DNA from: Octopus sinensis
Lineage: Eukaryota
Length of the DNA stretch: 64,000 bases
Reading direction: 5' to 3'
Assembly (NCBI RefSeq): GCF_006345805.1
Contig: NC_043012.1
Span: 53,506,001-53,570,000 of the forward strand
Part shown: positions 38,168-51,582 of the stretch, piece after piece
Numbering within the stretch: position 1 is the stretch's first letter
How the letters are laid out: each line of letters starts with the position of its first letter
Program-made: the position numbers and the translations under genes
Notes under the pieces: generated by a model
Seen by the model: only the letters and a program-made list of their open reading frames with translations
What the model was told of the DNA's origin: nothing
Database searches by the model: none

Positions 38168-38521
38168 CTTCAGACGCCCTAATAATGAAATTAGTAATAG
38201 GACCGTTCTCTTATCCACCAGACACAACACTTACAGAAAAAAAGAAATACATAGTAGCCTGCATTCCTGATCTGACGTTCAGTCTCCTTGATCGATTAGC
38301 TTGTGAAACAACTAGATACCCGACTGATTGAAGAATTTTCCGAAACTATATCCGGTGTCGATGAATGCTAGTTAGGCCTTGAACAGCAGGAAAGAACTTC
38401 ACGAAGCAAACTAGTTGCTATAGCAACACCTGTCTGCACATGTCACCTTCTTCCTTCCGTCCCCACCTCTTCCCCCTTACACACACACACACGCGCACAA
38501 ACACACACTCACACACACACA

Positions 38522-38561
<40 letters not shown>

Positions 38562-38606
38562 CACACACACACATTAGAGCAACAAACTTTTCCAATTACC
38601 GCTTTG

Positions 38607-39055
38607 GGATCTTTTCGGTTTGAACGACAGTTTTTTTCTAGCGGTGTCATATGAAATTGTTACCCATAATTATGACCCTAGTATCGAACTATTGCATTTC
38701 AATCAATTTTAGGGTCAGGGTTAGTTAGGGTTACTTAGGGTTAGGGTTAGGGTTAGGGGTGGGGGGAAGGGCATATTTTTTTCTTAAGAATTGTAAATAA
38801 ACCCAATCATTTTCTTAAACGAGGGACATATTCATACGGCACAGAATGTTTTTCCATCAATGGACGTCAGTGATTGGTTGAAATTGCAGAAATTGAAGAA
38901 AAAAAACAACAAATATCTTACAAACTATAGAATTTTCTCAATAAAGCCAAGAGAAAAAGATGTTTTATAAACACATTCTACTAGTATACGAAGTTTAAAA
39001 TTTCTTAGTTACCTAGAAAGTATGTTAAAAACTGCCGTTCAAACCGAAATGATCC
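38607..39055. mobile_element. MITE-like element with 29-bp TIRs and an internal (TTAGGG)n tract
   Basis: ggatcttttcggtttgaacgacagttttt (38607-38635) versus aaaaactgccgttcaaaccgaaatgatcc (39027-39055), 2 mismatches; no ORF; TTAGGG-like repeats at about 38710-38770. Confidence 0.8.
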
Positions 39056-40420
39056 ACACTTTTTCCAAATGTCCTGAAGAAGCAAGCTCCACCCCGAAAT
39101 ATAGAAATACAAGGTAAAACTGTAACACTGTTCTATTCTCTTTTCCTTTTGTAATTTACTTCGTACCTTTCGGCTTTATTCACCCACCTCCTTTAAAACA
39201 GTACCTCACAATGCTTCTCTAAAACTACATCATTTTAATTAAGATTTTTCGTAGGGCATTGAGCAAGTGAGATAAATATTGGTTTCAAATTTTGGAACAT
39301 GGCCATTGATTTCGAGGGAGGATAATATCGATTACATAGACTCCAGTGTTGAACTGGTGCTATTTTATCGACCTCGAAGGATGAAAGGCAAAGTTGACCG
39401 CAGCAGAATTTGAACTCAGTTTGAACTGCTATTTCAATAGAATGAGCAATCATCTAGAAAGATTCTCATTGGATCGACAAATATGATTTCTGATAAAGAC
39501 ACTGCGATAGAAATGTTTTATCTACGGGGAAAACATATAGGAGATAAAAATCGATTCCAATACTTGATATCTTATTTTATCAACTATCACTATCCTTAGG
39601 ATCCATAAACGGTAAAGAAGATCTTAGCAGGTTTTGTTTCTATGATATAAACTGCTTAAAAAGAAAACATCCTATTCTACCAACACACCACCCGTTCGTG
39701 ACGCAACGCAAAAACAATAGCGATTCGCAATGTTCTATTGTAAAACATTTGTTCTCGTGTGAAATTATAAAATTGTAAAGAAGATATTGTCGAGTCAGCA
39801 TGTTTCTTTATTTGTTCTTTTATTCTATCTCATTTCATTTTTATCTTTATTGACTGTTTGTGAACAATAGTGTCTTAGTGAAAGTCATTTAGTCCATGTT
39901 TATTTTTGTTTTGTTTCTTGTTTTTTATAAGGTACGGGTCCGAAGAAAGCATTGACGTCCTCGTCCGAACCGTGGTTTCGAATTATTCTTTGTTATATGT
40001 TCTTCGTTATATGTTTTTAGTTATATGTTCTGCTGTTTTAGCATGATTGATTTTAACATCGATTTACATCAAGGGTCATTCAGGTACTTTCGCCACTGCA
40101 CAGAAACAATTTTCAGATCCTATATGGTGGCTAACAATGTAATATTTTGCAACAAATAACAGACGCAGCACTCTTCATTTCAAAACTAGAATTTAGAAAA
40201 CCTTTCTATAAATCAGTAAAAAAAAACTTCAACCTTGAAGCTGCAAAAGAGATAAACGGAGGAAGCATCATTCATGCATCGGTAACTTGATAGAACCCTA
40301 AGTGTGCCACTACCCGATTGCTATCGTCTCACCAGAAGGCAGTAAGCATATGGAGCTCGAGTTCAGACAGCGGCAGAACAGCAGCTAACTTGCAATTATT
40401 AGGCTATAAGAAAATCCAGT

Positions 40421-40720
40421 GTGGAGGCGCAATGGCCCAGTGGTTAGGGCAGCGGACTCGCGGGCGGAGGATCAGATTTCGATTAGTTTATTGAGGGAAA
40501 ACACCTAAAGCTCCACGAGGCTCCGGCAAGGGGTGGTGGTGACCCCTGTTGTACTCTTTCGCCCCAACTTTCTCTCACTCTTTCTTCCTATTTCTTGAGT
40601 AACGCTGCGATGGACCGGCGTCCCGTCCAGCTGGGGGAGGGGGAAACACATACGCCATAGAAACCGGAAAACCGGGTCCATGAGCCTGGCTAGGCTTGAA
40701 AAGGGCGTATAAAAAAAAGA
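40421..40720 (+). mobile_element. SINE family D with tail D2
   Basis: gtggaggcgcaatggcccagtggttagggcagcggactcgcgg head, attgag.gaaaacacctaaagctccacgagg body, catacgccatagaaacc...aaagggcg tail. Confidence 0.8.
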
Positions 40721-41489
40721 AAAAAAGAAAATCCATTATGTCAGGTATGTCCTACCCACACCACCTCAAGATACAGGCAACCTTATATTGCTCTACCCGG
40801 TCATTTCCATTCTGAAGGAATTATAAATCAATCCATGACGGTGGGAAACCATACCTTAATTGGATTTTGAATGTAAATTTGATGATTTGGATTACACTAG
40901 ATAACAACACCGGTATTTTTTATTTCAGTTATGTCCCTTAACATCATTGTTCAGTTGACTCAACAAAACAATTGAAGCGAAATTATGATTTCTAATTTTT
41001 GGTCAAAGCCACCAACTTCGGAGATAGATGCCAGAGATTTTATCGACTGTAATAGATAACAGCAAAGACTAATGTAAAACTTCAGTTATAAGATAGTGGC
41101 GGTGTCATAGTTTCTATCAAAGATTATCCTTGAAAACAAATAACTGATCCAAACGACGAAGGTAACTGAGAATCGATCATGTTGAACAGACACAAAATGG
41201 AAAAACTAAGAGTGATCTAAAACTAATAATCGAGATGAGAACGTCACTCCTTACTCCAAGATGAACACCTCGAAAGAAACGTGAATTACATACTTTTGAA
41301 TCAGGACGCTATAGTCCATAATTACACGAAGACAAAAAATACAATAAAAACACAAATTTTTAAATATATATATATATGTAAACAAAATAACTCTATTTAA
41401 TTGAACAATGCAATCACTAGAGCAACTTAAAATGCAGAGCACACCTCAGCTGCACAAAGACATAGAATTTTATTATTATTATTATTATT

Positions 41490-42178
41490 ATCATTATTAT
41501 TACTTTTTTTTTTCTTCTTTCAAATTTTCTTCCATTTCTTGCCGAGTGTCTTCCCGACTCCTAGGGCAAAGAAACTCATAGTGTATATTGGTAGGCCATT
41601 AAACCAAACTCAGTAGTTCGTTCATTTAAACAATTTTTTTTTTTTTTTTTTTTTAGTTAAATTAAAATACATGAGCAGCAAGAGTTCTCACATCGACAAT
41701 GCTCTTCTCAATACGTGTGATGTACCAGTTAAGACAATCTTTTGCACTTCTTGCAGGGATGGTAAGCCAGGGATCATTCTCATATAATTTTCGCTTCCCT
41801 TCTTGATCATTCCTAGTGCTCCTACGATCACTGGTATTGTAACCGCCTTGAGATGCCACATTTTCTCAATTTCAATGAGTAGGTCTTTATATTTTCTGAG
41901 CTTGTCAAACTCTTTCGCTGAGATATTATGATCACAGGGGATGCTCATGTCGATCAATAAGCAAACTTTATTGTTTTGGTCTTTCACAACAATATCTGGT
42001 TTATTGGCCTTGATGGTTCGGTCTGTATGTACTGGAAAGTCCCACAGAATGGTTACATTTTCTCCTTCAGTTACAGCCTCAGGGTGGTGATTATACCACT
42101 TGTCGGCAGTTTTGATATTGTAATGCCGACTTATTAGCCTGTGGAGATATTGGCCAACTCTGTCATGTCTTAATTTAT
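41490..42178 (-). mobile_element. 5'-truncated R4/Dong-type LINE, copy 2 (endonuclease domain plus 3' UTR)
   Basis: YKLRHDRVGQYLH...ILWDFPVHTDRTIKANKPDIVVKD...LLIDMSIP...EFDKLRKYKDLLIEIEKMW...QEVQKIVLTGTSHVLRRALSM*: PD-(D/E)xK restriction-like endonuclease; ends in (TAA)n. Confidence 0.9.
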
Positions 42179-42208
42179 ACATCATTATTATTATTATTAT
42201 TATTATTA

Positions 42209-42239
<31 letters not shown>

Positions 42240-42305
42240 CATTATTATTATTATTATATCATTATTATATTATTATTATTATTATTATTATCATTATTAT
42301 TATTA

Positions 42306-42338
<33 letters not shown>

Positions 42339-42390
42339 CATTATTATTATTATTATCATATTATTATTATATATTATTATTATATTATTA

Positions 42391-42434
<44 letters not shown>

Positions 42435-42452
42435 CATTATTATTATTATTAT

Positions 42453-43928
42453 TCAGTAGTTTTATTTTTATAGCGTGCTTTCACTTCACTACCGAGCGCA
42501 GCTCTGTGTGCCTTGGGTATGTGCTGTGATTTGTTGTGATGCTCTGATGGTTAATGTATGGAAGTGTTCTGCGTAGGATGTGTGCAGTACCTAGTAGTGC
42601 AATTTTCTGTATGTTATATGTGTTTGTAAGTCCTGGTGTTTTTGTTATGTATTTGTCTGAATATTTTTTTATCATGCCTAATGCACCTACTATGATAGGA
42701 ATTGTTTCTGTTTTCAGGTTCCACATTCTAGTTACTTCTATTTCCAGGTCTTTGTATTTTGAGAGTTTCTCCATTTCTTTTAGAGACACGTTGTCATCTG
42801 CCGGTATTGATACATCAATTAGAAAGCATTCTTTTTTTCTTCATGATCTCTGACAACTATATCTGGTCTGTTGGCCTTAATTTCTCTATCTGTGTGTATC
42901 GGCATATCCCAGAGTATGGTTGCTTTCTCGTTTTCTGTGACCTTTTCTGGTGTGTGCCTATACCATCTTTTTTCTGTTGTTATTCCATAATGTTGGCATA
43001 GCTTCCAATGTATGTAGGTTCCAACTCTGTCATGTCTGTGAATATATTCCTTCTTAGCCAGGACTGGGCAGCTAGAGATAATATGATTTATTGTTTCTTG
43101 TCCATCTCCACATATTCTGCAGTTACTTGTAATATTTCTTTTCATTACATGTTTTTGGTAATTTCTGGTGGGGAGGCTTTGGTCTTGTGCTGCAATTAAA
43201 AATCCCTCTGTTTCTGCTTTGAGTCCTGAGCTTCTCAACCATTGCTGGGATTTTTCTTTGTCTATTTCTTTTGCGTTTAGTTTAGTCCAGTATTTACCAT
43301 GAAGGGGCTTTTCTTGCCATCGTTTTATCATGGCTCGTTGCTGTTCTATTTTTAGTTTGGATTTCATTTGTTTTATAGCTTTTGTTGTTTCTTCATCATC
43401 TTCTTCTTCTTCTTTGTGTTTATTAGGTGGTATGATTTCTTGTTTGTATTTGTCAGCTTCCTTAAATACTGAGAACAGTTTTTTGTTTTGCTCGTGTTTT
43501 GCTGCTATCTGGATCAGTTTTCCTTCCTTCTGAAGTAGGTATTTTTGCAGTCCTATGGTGGTTATTTTATAGTAGTTTTCCAGCTGTATAAGGCCTCTAC
43601 CACCTTCTATACGTTGTATATATAGTCTTTCTATGTCAGATTTTGGGTGATGCATCCTAGATCCTGTCAGTATTTTTCTTGTTTTCCTATCTATTTTGGA
43701 CAGTTCATTTCGTGTCCAGTTAAGGATATTGTAGCTGTAACTTATAACTGGGACAGCTAAAGTGTTGATACCTATTATCTTGTTTTTAGCATTGAGCTCT
43801 GTTTTTAGTATTGATCTAACTCGTCTATAATATTCTTTTTTTATTTTCTCTTTCATTTGTGTGTGTTGTGTCTTATCTAGTTCATGGATTCCTAAGTATT
43901 TGTAAGTTTGGCTTTGGTCTAATTCTTT
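42453..43928 (-). mobile_element. 5'-truncated R4/Dong-type LINE, copy 1 (young)
   Basis: Starts at ELDQSQTYKYLG (late RT), then the CCHC knuckle CRICGDGQETINHIISSC, RHD, and the RPDIVV...IDVSIP...KYKDLEIE endonuclease; (AAT)n on both sides. Confidence 0.9.
42819..43856 (-). pseudogene. C-terminal half of the RT-RLE ORF, frameshifted in the T7 run at 42832-42838; continues in 42481-42789
   Basis: The 345-aa open frame and the 102-aa frame join into one endonuclease domain if one base is restored in the homopolymer. Confidence 0.85.
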
Positions 43929-43929
43929 T

Positions 43930-43962
43930 ATTATTATTATATTATTATTATTATTATTATTA

Positions 43963-43996
<34 letters not shown>

Positions 43997-44097
43997 CATT
44001 ATTATTATTATTATTATTATCATTATTATTATTATTATTATTATTATCATTATTATTATTATTATTATTATTATCATTATTATTATTATTATTATTA

Positions 44098-44128
<31 letters not shown>

Positions 44129-44166
44129 CATTATTATTATTATTATTATCATTATTATTATTATTA
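43930..44166. repeat. (ATT)n with periodic ATC interruptions
   Basis: Directly visible. Confidence 0.95.
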
Positions 44167-44389
44167 TCTGTGAGCTGGCAGAATCGTTAGCACTTATTTG
44201 TGTGTGTGTATGTGTTTGCGTCTGTGAGTGCGTATGTGTGTATACCTACCTACCTACCTACATACATACATACATACATACATACATACATCTTCCATAT
44301 AATATTCTGTAAGTTGGAAAATACAACTAAGACAGAATTAATGTCAGAATGGAGAATTTAAAAAAATAATTTGTTTGTGTAACCAATCA

Positions 44390-44790
44390 CACAAGTCTGG
44401 ACAAGGTTGTTTATGGAAGACCAGCAGTCGCCCACGCATACCAGCATCCCCTCTCCACACCGTTATCCAAGGGAAAGGCAAAGGCCGATACAGCTTGGAA
44501 CCAGTGACGTCGTAACTCATTTATGAAAGTGCAAGTAGCTGAGCACTCTACAGACATGTGTACCCTTAACGTAGTTTTCGGGGAGATTCAGCGTGACACA
44601 GAGGGTGACAAGTTTGGCCCTTTGAAATACAAATACAACAGAAACATGAAGAAAGAGTGAAAGAAAGCTGTGGTGAAAGATTAGGGCAGGGTTCACCACA
44701 ACCTCCTGCCGGAGCCTCGTAGACCTTCATGTGTTTTCGCTCAATAAACACTCACAATGCCCGGTCTGCGAATCGAAACCGCGATCCTAC
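44390..44790 (-). mobile_element. Mosaic of SINE D body, D1 tail part and E tail
   Basis: 44392-44522 matches the E tail of 27526-27720; 44525-44640 matches the D1 tail of 55700-55820; 44645-44790 matches the D body. Confidence 0.7.
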
Positions 44791-45636
44791 ATTTTTCGTT
44801 GTATACATGTTTTTGTTCGTATAACTGTGACTGGGGTCAATAAAGTTCCTTAGGGATAAAACTATAAATGTATATTCAAGATTTTTTTTGTCTAACTTAA
44901 AAACAATAAAACATTTCTGAAGAGCAACGTTATAAAATCTATTTACTGATATAGAAACTTTCAAGAAACAAATAACTTATTATAGCGCCTAAATACAAGA
45001 ACATTTCTTTCTGGTTCTTTCGTTTTTCTGTTCTTTTTCTATTCGCAATTTTTCTTTGATCTGTTAATTCAAACCAATAGTTTGTTTCATTTGTAATATG
45101 CAAATGTTATCACGTAAAGACGGCCAACACGATATATGTATATAAATTTTTGATAATTCAGTTGCCTAGAGCAAATGAATTGTGCATAATTCTGTTGAGT
45201 TTAATTTTATATGTGCTATTTCAATGACACCTCAACAGTCAATTGTTGCAAATATTAGTACATAATATAGTAAGATTGATTGGATCGAAATCAGATCAAT
45301 CGATTATGAAATGATGTAATAAAAGGACTGGTTCACCCTAGTCCTCTTGCTTTTTATATATAAAATTTCTACAGGTATTTGTGGCTTTTGAGTTATGTGT
45401 TTCATAAGACAATCTCCTGATTAATGTCTTGCCTGATAGTCCTGTACCTATTGATGAGTACATACAATGCGACGATCACACTTGACACACCTTACTTCCA
45501 AGCACTATTATAAACAGCGGAAGTACAGAGCTGGCCAAAAGTCACCCGACAATAAATCAAAATTCCAGAAATCCTATCTGTAATTCTGTATCGACTCAAA
45601 TGGAAAAAAGTGCCGCTCAATATACATACACACACA

Positions 45637-45675
<39 letters not shown>

Positions 45676-45933
45676 GAAATATGTTACGAAAAGAAAATAT
45701 AAAATACACGTGGAAATGTATGAAAAATCAACGAAAATGCATATTGCAAATAGAAAAAGGCTATTTATGACAGGTAGTGACAAATATATACATTTAGATT
45801 GACTGAGGTGGTAATACGAGTCATAAAGATCATTATTATGAGATGCTTATAAGATGATAATAATAATAAAGTAAGAGAACAAAACGAACCACTTGGTTTA
45901 CGCGTAGGCTATTCATCGTTTGAACAACACCGG

Positions 45934-46000
<67 letters not shown>

Positions 46001-46096
46001 TGTGTGTGTGTGTGTGTATACATATATATACACACACATATATATATAATTTATATATATATATATTATATATATATATATATATATACATATAAT

Positions 46097-46166
<70 letters not shown>

Positions 46167-46413
46167 TATGAGAGATGACCACTGAGTGGATATCCATTAT
46201 GCTAGAAGTCGACCCCCAATGATCTTACCACTAAGAAAGGAATGTTGTGAAGAAAATTTAGCAAACGGGAGAACGTATTCGAGTAAGACAAATGAAAATA
46301 CAAAATATACAGATTAACCACAAACCAGTTTCGTTGTTAATACTTACGTAATCACTAACGTAGAAGTCCGCAACTCGTCAGTGTGATCGTCATAGCAAAA
46401 TATAATTTGTAGA

Positions 46414-46489
<76 letters not shown>

Positions 46490-47095
46490 GTGAAAAGGAA
46501 CACAGGAGTTGATATATATGAAAAAATATGCGATAACGCATTCCATTACATAGCTCCTCTCTGTTCGGTGTTCTTTTTCTCGTCTACATCCATCACTGTT
46601 GACAGAATAATCACCCAATATGGAGCAGCTGATACTCGTCTTTACGTCACTTGTGACTGGGTCGTACTTTTCCCCTGTTTGGTGTATAATACGTTCGAAT
46701 AGTAGGGTGATATATATATACATATTATTTTAAATTTGGGTAAGCCATGTAAAGCGCGTTCACTGTAATCGGATACGTGAAATCATGATCAGTATGAAGT
46801 TAAATACCACTGGATTTAATCCAGGAATTCCGTCGTGTCCGTAGAGTTTATAATATATCGAAACCGCGATCCTAAGAATGCGCGTCCACTGCCCTAACCA
46901 TTGGGTCATTGCGCTTCCACATGAGAATACATACATAAATCAAAACACATCAATCTGCACATATGCATACATACGTACTTGCGTACGTACATGAGCGTGT
47001 CTCTATATTAGCTTCTTATAGAAATTATTCGGTTGCGTAGATTTGTTCGTTGCCAAATCGCAGTCTCAGCTGATGAGTAAAGTCTATGTACTTTG

Positions 47096-47268
47096 GTGAA
47101 GATGGTGAAGATGCCGACGACCGCTTTGTTCAAAGCCTTCCTGGACCTCAAGTGGCCTGAACTCTTTACATGAACACCACCCTGTACTTAACTCCATGTT
47201 CCCCTACATGGCCTTGCTATTTGCTTTTGAGCCAAATTAACTAACTAACTAACTAACTAACTAACTAC
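47096..47268 (+). mobile_element. 3' tip of a CR1/L2-like LINE with (AACT)n tail
   Basis: VKMPTTALFKAFLDLKWPELFT* resembles the FK..LD..W C-terminus of CR1-group ORF2; short UTR, then (AACT)n. Confidence 0.55.
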
Positions 47269-48191
47269 TGGTGTTAAACATTGTTATAAGACTAGGAATA
47301 TTTCGCATGCTGGAAAAGTGGAAATATACATAACCGATTAATTGGAACCGGGTACCTGATTGGTGCATTATTTTATTGGATACGGAATAATGAATGCTTA
47401 AGTCAAACTTGGAGACTTTTGAAAAAAAAAAGTAAAGCTCTGTCATCAAATGTTATTTTACTGTAGGTGCAAATTTATGTACGCATAGATTGTTTGTCCC
47501 TCAAATCTTTCTACAAATTTATGTGCAAAGTGTCGTTTCACTGCTTCAACAAACTTACTCATGTGTAGATTGGAAAAAAAAGCAGCTTAAAATAAGGTAG
47601 TTGTCAAGCTTCAGTCTGATAATGCATCCCATATATTTAATGCTGTTTAATAATTTTGAGTGACAATTTGACATTGGAACCAACTTTTCAAACGTAAAAC
47701 CGCAGAATATTTTATTAGGTTAGAGGATTGGTTTCAATTTCCGGTAGATTTCTAGGTTCGTCAGTATTTTCGCATTAAGATTTTTTTCAATTGTACGCTG
47801 GTTTCAAATGATTTCGTTGAAAGCCTGCATTACATATCAAAAATTGATACTTCGTTTCAGAAATAAACAGTAGATATCTAATAGCCAAATAAATCATGAT
47901 GTAATTCTAGTAGAAATTAAAGTGCAAGCTGCAAGGCACCTTTATAATGAACGATTGGTCCGTCCCGAAAAATTCCTCACCCTACACATGGCAATTTTTT
48001 TAACTTTTCGAATGTCTTCTACATCAAACAGGGGATAAGTATGGCACAGTCACCAATGAGCTAAAAATGATTATCAGTTGCTCTATATTGGGTGATTATT
48101 CTGTCAAAAGTGATGGATGAGGACGAGAAAAAGAACACCGAACACAGAGAAACTAAGTAATGGAATGCGTTAGCGCATATATATAAATTGC

Positions 48192-48235
<44 letters not shown>

Positions 48236-48289
48236 GTGTGTGTGTACGTATATATATATATAGTTATGGCATATTCTGTTAAGAACGTA

Positions 48290-48615
48290 GTAGAGTACAG
48301 TTTACCGCAGGACTTATTCTTTGGAAGCCTAGTACTTATTCTATCGATCTCTTTTGCCGAACCGCTAAGTTCCGGGGACGTAAACACACCAGCATCTGTT
48401 GTCAAGCGATGTTGGAGGGGTAGACAAACACACAAACATATACACATATATATATATATGTATATACATATATACGACGGGCTTCTTTCAGTTTCCGTCT
48501 ACCAAATCCACTCATAGCAGAAGACACTTGACCAAGGTGCCACGCAGTAGGGATGAACCCGGTACCATGTAGTTGGTAAGCAGGCTACTTACGACACAGC
48601 CACTCCTGCGCCTAT
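48290..48615 (-). mobile_element. SINE family A
   Basis: Tail, TA tract and head ending cacagccactcctgcgcct. Confidence 0.85.
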
Positions 48616-49890
48616 TTGCATAACACCTAATAAATCTGCCAATAAAATGACTCTATTTCAGTAGAGAATCAGATCCTCGAAAGAAACTAATAACTGCATA
48701 CATTGACATGAAAATAGCCGAAGTTCACACAGGTATAAAAAGTCAGTGGTGACATCTCTCTTATGAAGACAACTTAGAGTCTCCTCCATAAGTATAGTGA
48801 TTAATTAAATACACTTAATAAAATTCATGCAGTCTCTGCACCGCTGAAAGAAAGAAAATTCTCATCTGCCAGGCCCATTTCTTAATTAAAAAATTTCGAA
48901 AGAATATCCTCTTGGAAACAGAATTTGAAAGAGTTGTAGTTGTGTTAACCCACTTCCTTACACAAAAGGGTAATACAGTTTTGGCTATTAGTGGATTTGA
49001 ACTTAATCATATTTTAATTAAATATATTCTTATTTTATGTGCATTTGTTTACATTGGCTATATTTAAGTTTCTTCCCCACTACTTTTCCTCATTCCACAC
49101 CATTTGTATCTGTCTCTTAGCACGCTGCTATCGGAAATACTATTTCATTATTCTCATAAATCTTTTAAACCATTCAGCAACCCAACAACTTTTCGCCGTG
49201 GTATCTCTTCATCGCTCTTAATTTGTATGTATGTATATAAAATATATTATATTATATTATATTCTTTGTGTATACAATTGCTACTATTCATATGATTATC
49301 CTATATCTAACTTAATACTTCATAATCTAATTTTATTCATCTTATTTTATCAAGACCTCTCGGGCTTTCTTCCTACTTTAATTTGCTTCACATTGTGTAT
49401 AAATTTCACTGCAAGTTCTTCGATAAAATTTCCACACTTTTAATTAAGCCAATTATTTCCCTTTTACATAAATCACTGATCCTGTTAACGATGTTTTCTA
49501 TGGATAGCGATTTTCCTATCTTCTCACCGTTACCCAATTTGGTTTGAATTCATTTCAATTTAATTATGAATTATACGTACCATTTATTTATCAACGCGTA
49601 ACTGTATTCGATACAAATTATACACGTCCTGTAAAAACTGTTTCTATTTTCTTATCAACATTGCTATAACGCCTTAAATATTTAAAACCTAGAATTATTT
49701 ATAATACTTTACTCTGATTATATAGGTAATCTGGAAACGCTCTGCTCCCACCTTCCTACAACACTAACTATTTTCATTAAACTAAATTTTGCTTCGGATC
49801 TTTTATTCTTACTTTCACTTAACCATTCACATCCTAGTTAAAAAGTTATTCTTCCTCGACCTTCCGACCAATATATATATATATATATAT

Positions 49891-50284
49891 ACTAGCAGTA
49901 TCGCCCGGCGTTGCTTGGGTTTGTAAGGGAAATAACTATAAAGCATTTTTAGAGAGTTATAGCCAAAAAATAGCAAAAAATGCATTAAAAATGGAAAAAA
50001 AATATGGTAAATTTTTTTTTTAATCATTGACTCATCGTAGACATTTTTAGAGAGTTACTTCCCTGTATTTCAAAAAATATGCATTAAAATGGAAAAAAAT
50101 GATGGTAAATTATTTTTTAAATCGTAGACTCATCGTAGACGCGTGCTAATACCCAGAAGGGCTCGATATGAATCACGACTATAAGATACCCGGTTTTGGT
50201 TAAACTGCATCGCAAAATGTGGGAGTAGTTAGGAATCTAAATCGGAGTAGACAGACACAAAACCTTTCTTTTATATATAAAGAT
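49891..50284 (+). mobile_element. Non-autonomous Helitron/Helentron-type (DINE-1/HINE-like) element
   Basis: Starts ACTAGC with a subterminal stem-loop cccggcgttgcttggg; internal tandem duplication of about 95 bp; ends gacagacac...ttttatatataaagat; sits in (TA)n. Confidence 0.55.
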
Positions 50285-50325
50285 ATACATACACACATAC
50301 ACACGCACGTACACACATATATGCA

Positions 50326-50455
<130 letters not shown>

Positions 50456-50548
50456 TAGATATAGATGTAGATATGTATATATGTGTGTACGTGCGTGTGT
50501 ATGTGTGTATACACACACACGTATATATAAATATATATATATATAGAC

Positions 50549-50622
<74 letters not shown>

Positions 50623-51119
50623 CCTTATACATATACATGTCCCTATACTCGTATATATATACATAAACATATGCATATACCTATACATATGATTATACAT
50701 ATACATGTACATATGTGTCAAAGTACCGTGATCAAGGAAATTAATGACCCTTTACTGTAAGATAGTTGACAACAGCATGCAGACAGAGACTGAAAGTGAA
50801 AGTATGGTATACCATTAATCATGTTTTCAATTTCTTATCGTCTTGAAGCATCTTGTTGTGTATTTAGCAAAAACAAATTCTAAAACACGTGAAATTGTAT
50901 CATTTTCTCTCTCTCTCTCTCTCTCTACCTAGTTCTACCTTTCTTCAGTGAGTCGTCGATCTCCTTTACTAACCTTCTTTACAGAAATATAAATGAAGTA
51001 ATTAATACCAGTAAAAAGATGAACTACCGATCCTACATATTGCTACTATTAATGAGGTTCCCTTCTTCAATTCTCGATCAGCAAAAAATGATTACTAAAT
51101 GCATTTTAAATCATAACTA

Positions 51120-51410
51120 GCAATCTGTCGGCTACAACGACGTGGGTTCCAGTTGATCTGATCAATGGATGAGGCTGCTCGTGAAATTAACGTGCAAATG
51201 GCTGAGCACACCACAAGCACGTAACATGACAAGGCCAGCCTTTTCAATTACAGGTGCTATTCATTTTCCCTGGCTGAATAAGCGGGAACAACGTGAAATA
51301 GACTTGATCAATGTCTTGATAGTCTTGATCAATGACATAACGCGCCGCCGGGAATCGAATTCAGGACCTTACGATCATGAGCAGAATAACCTAACCACTA
51401 AGCCACGCGT
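51120..51410 (-). mobile_element. Degenerate SINE (E-type head/core with D1 tail)
   Basis: gtgaaattaacgtgcaa.tggctgagcac tail block plus gaacaacgtgaaata core and ctaaccacta.gccacgcg head. Confidence 0.6.
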
Positions 51411-51582
51411 CTTTCGTTTTCAACCATAGTAAGGCTGCAATCGCCCATATAAATCTAGGTATGCATAGAGAGAGATGGTAATGTATTTATCGTTACATAA
51501 AGCTATATATAGATGGCTATGTATGTCTAGACTTTGTGGCTATGAATGTCTATATATATATGGTCATAGCTTGAATCCTATA

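Noticed and set aside
38710-38770. TTAGGG repeats as a telomere or chromosome-fusion scar
   Set aside because: The tract is short, degenerate, single-orientation and enclosed by TIRs.
39940-39990. Minus-strand GAAACC-AC-GGUU motif
   Set aside because: No upstream CUGANGA; the upstream sequence is a short aacatataac tandem repeat.
40745-40929. Possible GT-AG intron (cag|gtatgt ... tttttatttcag)
   Set aside because: No convincing exon on either side; such motifs are common by chance in AT-rich DNA.
48800-48900. SCSLCTAERKKIL resembling a Penelope GIY-YIG C-terminus
   Set aside because: Too short and isolated to support.
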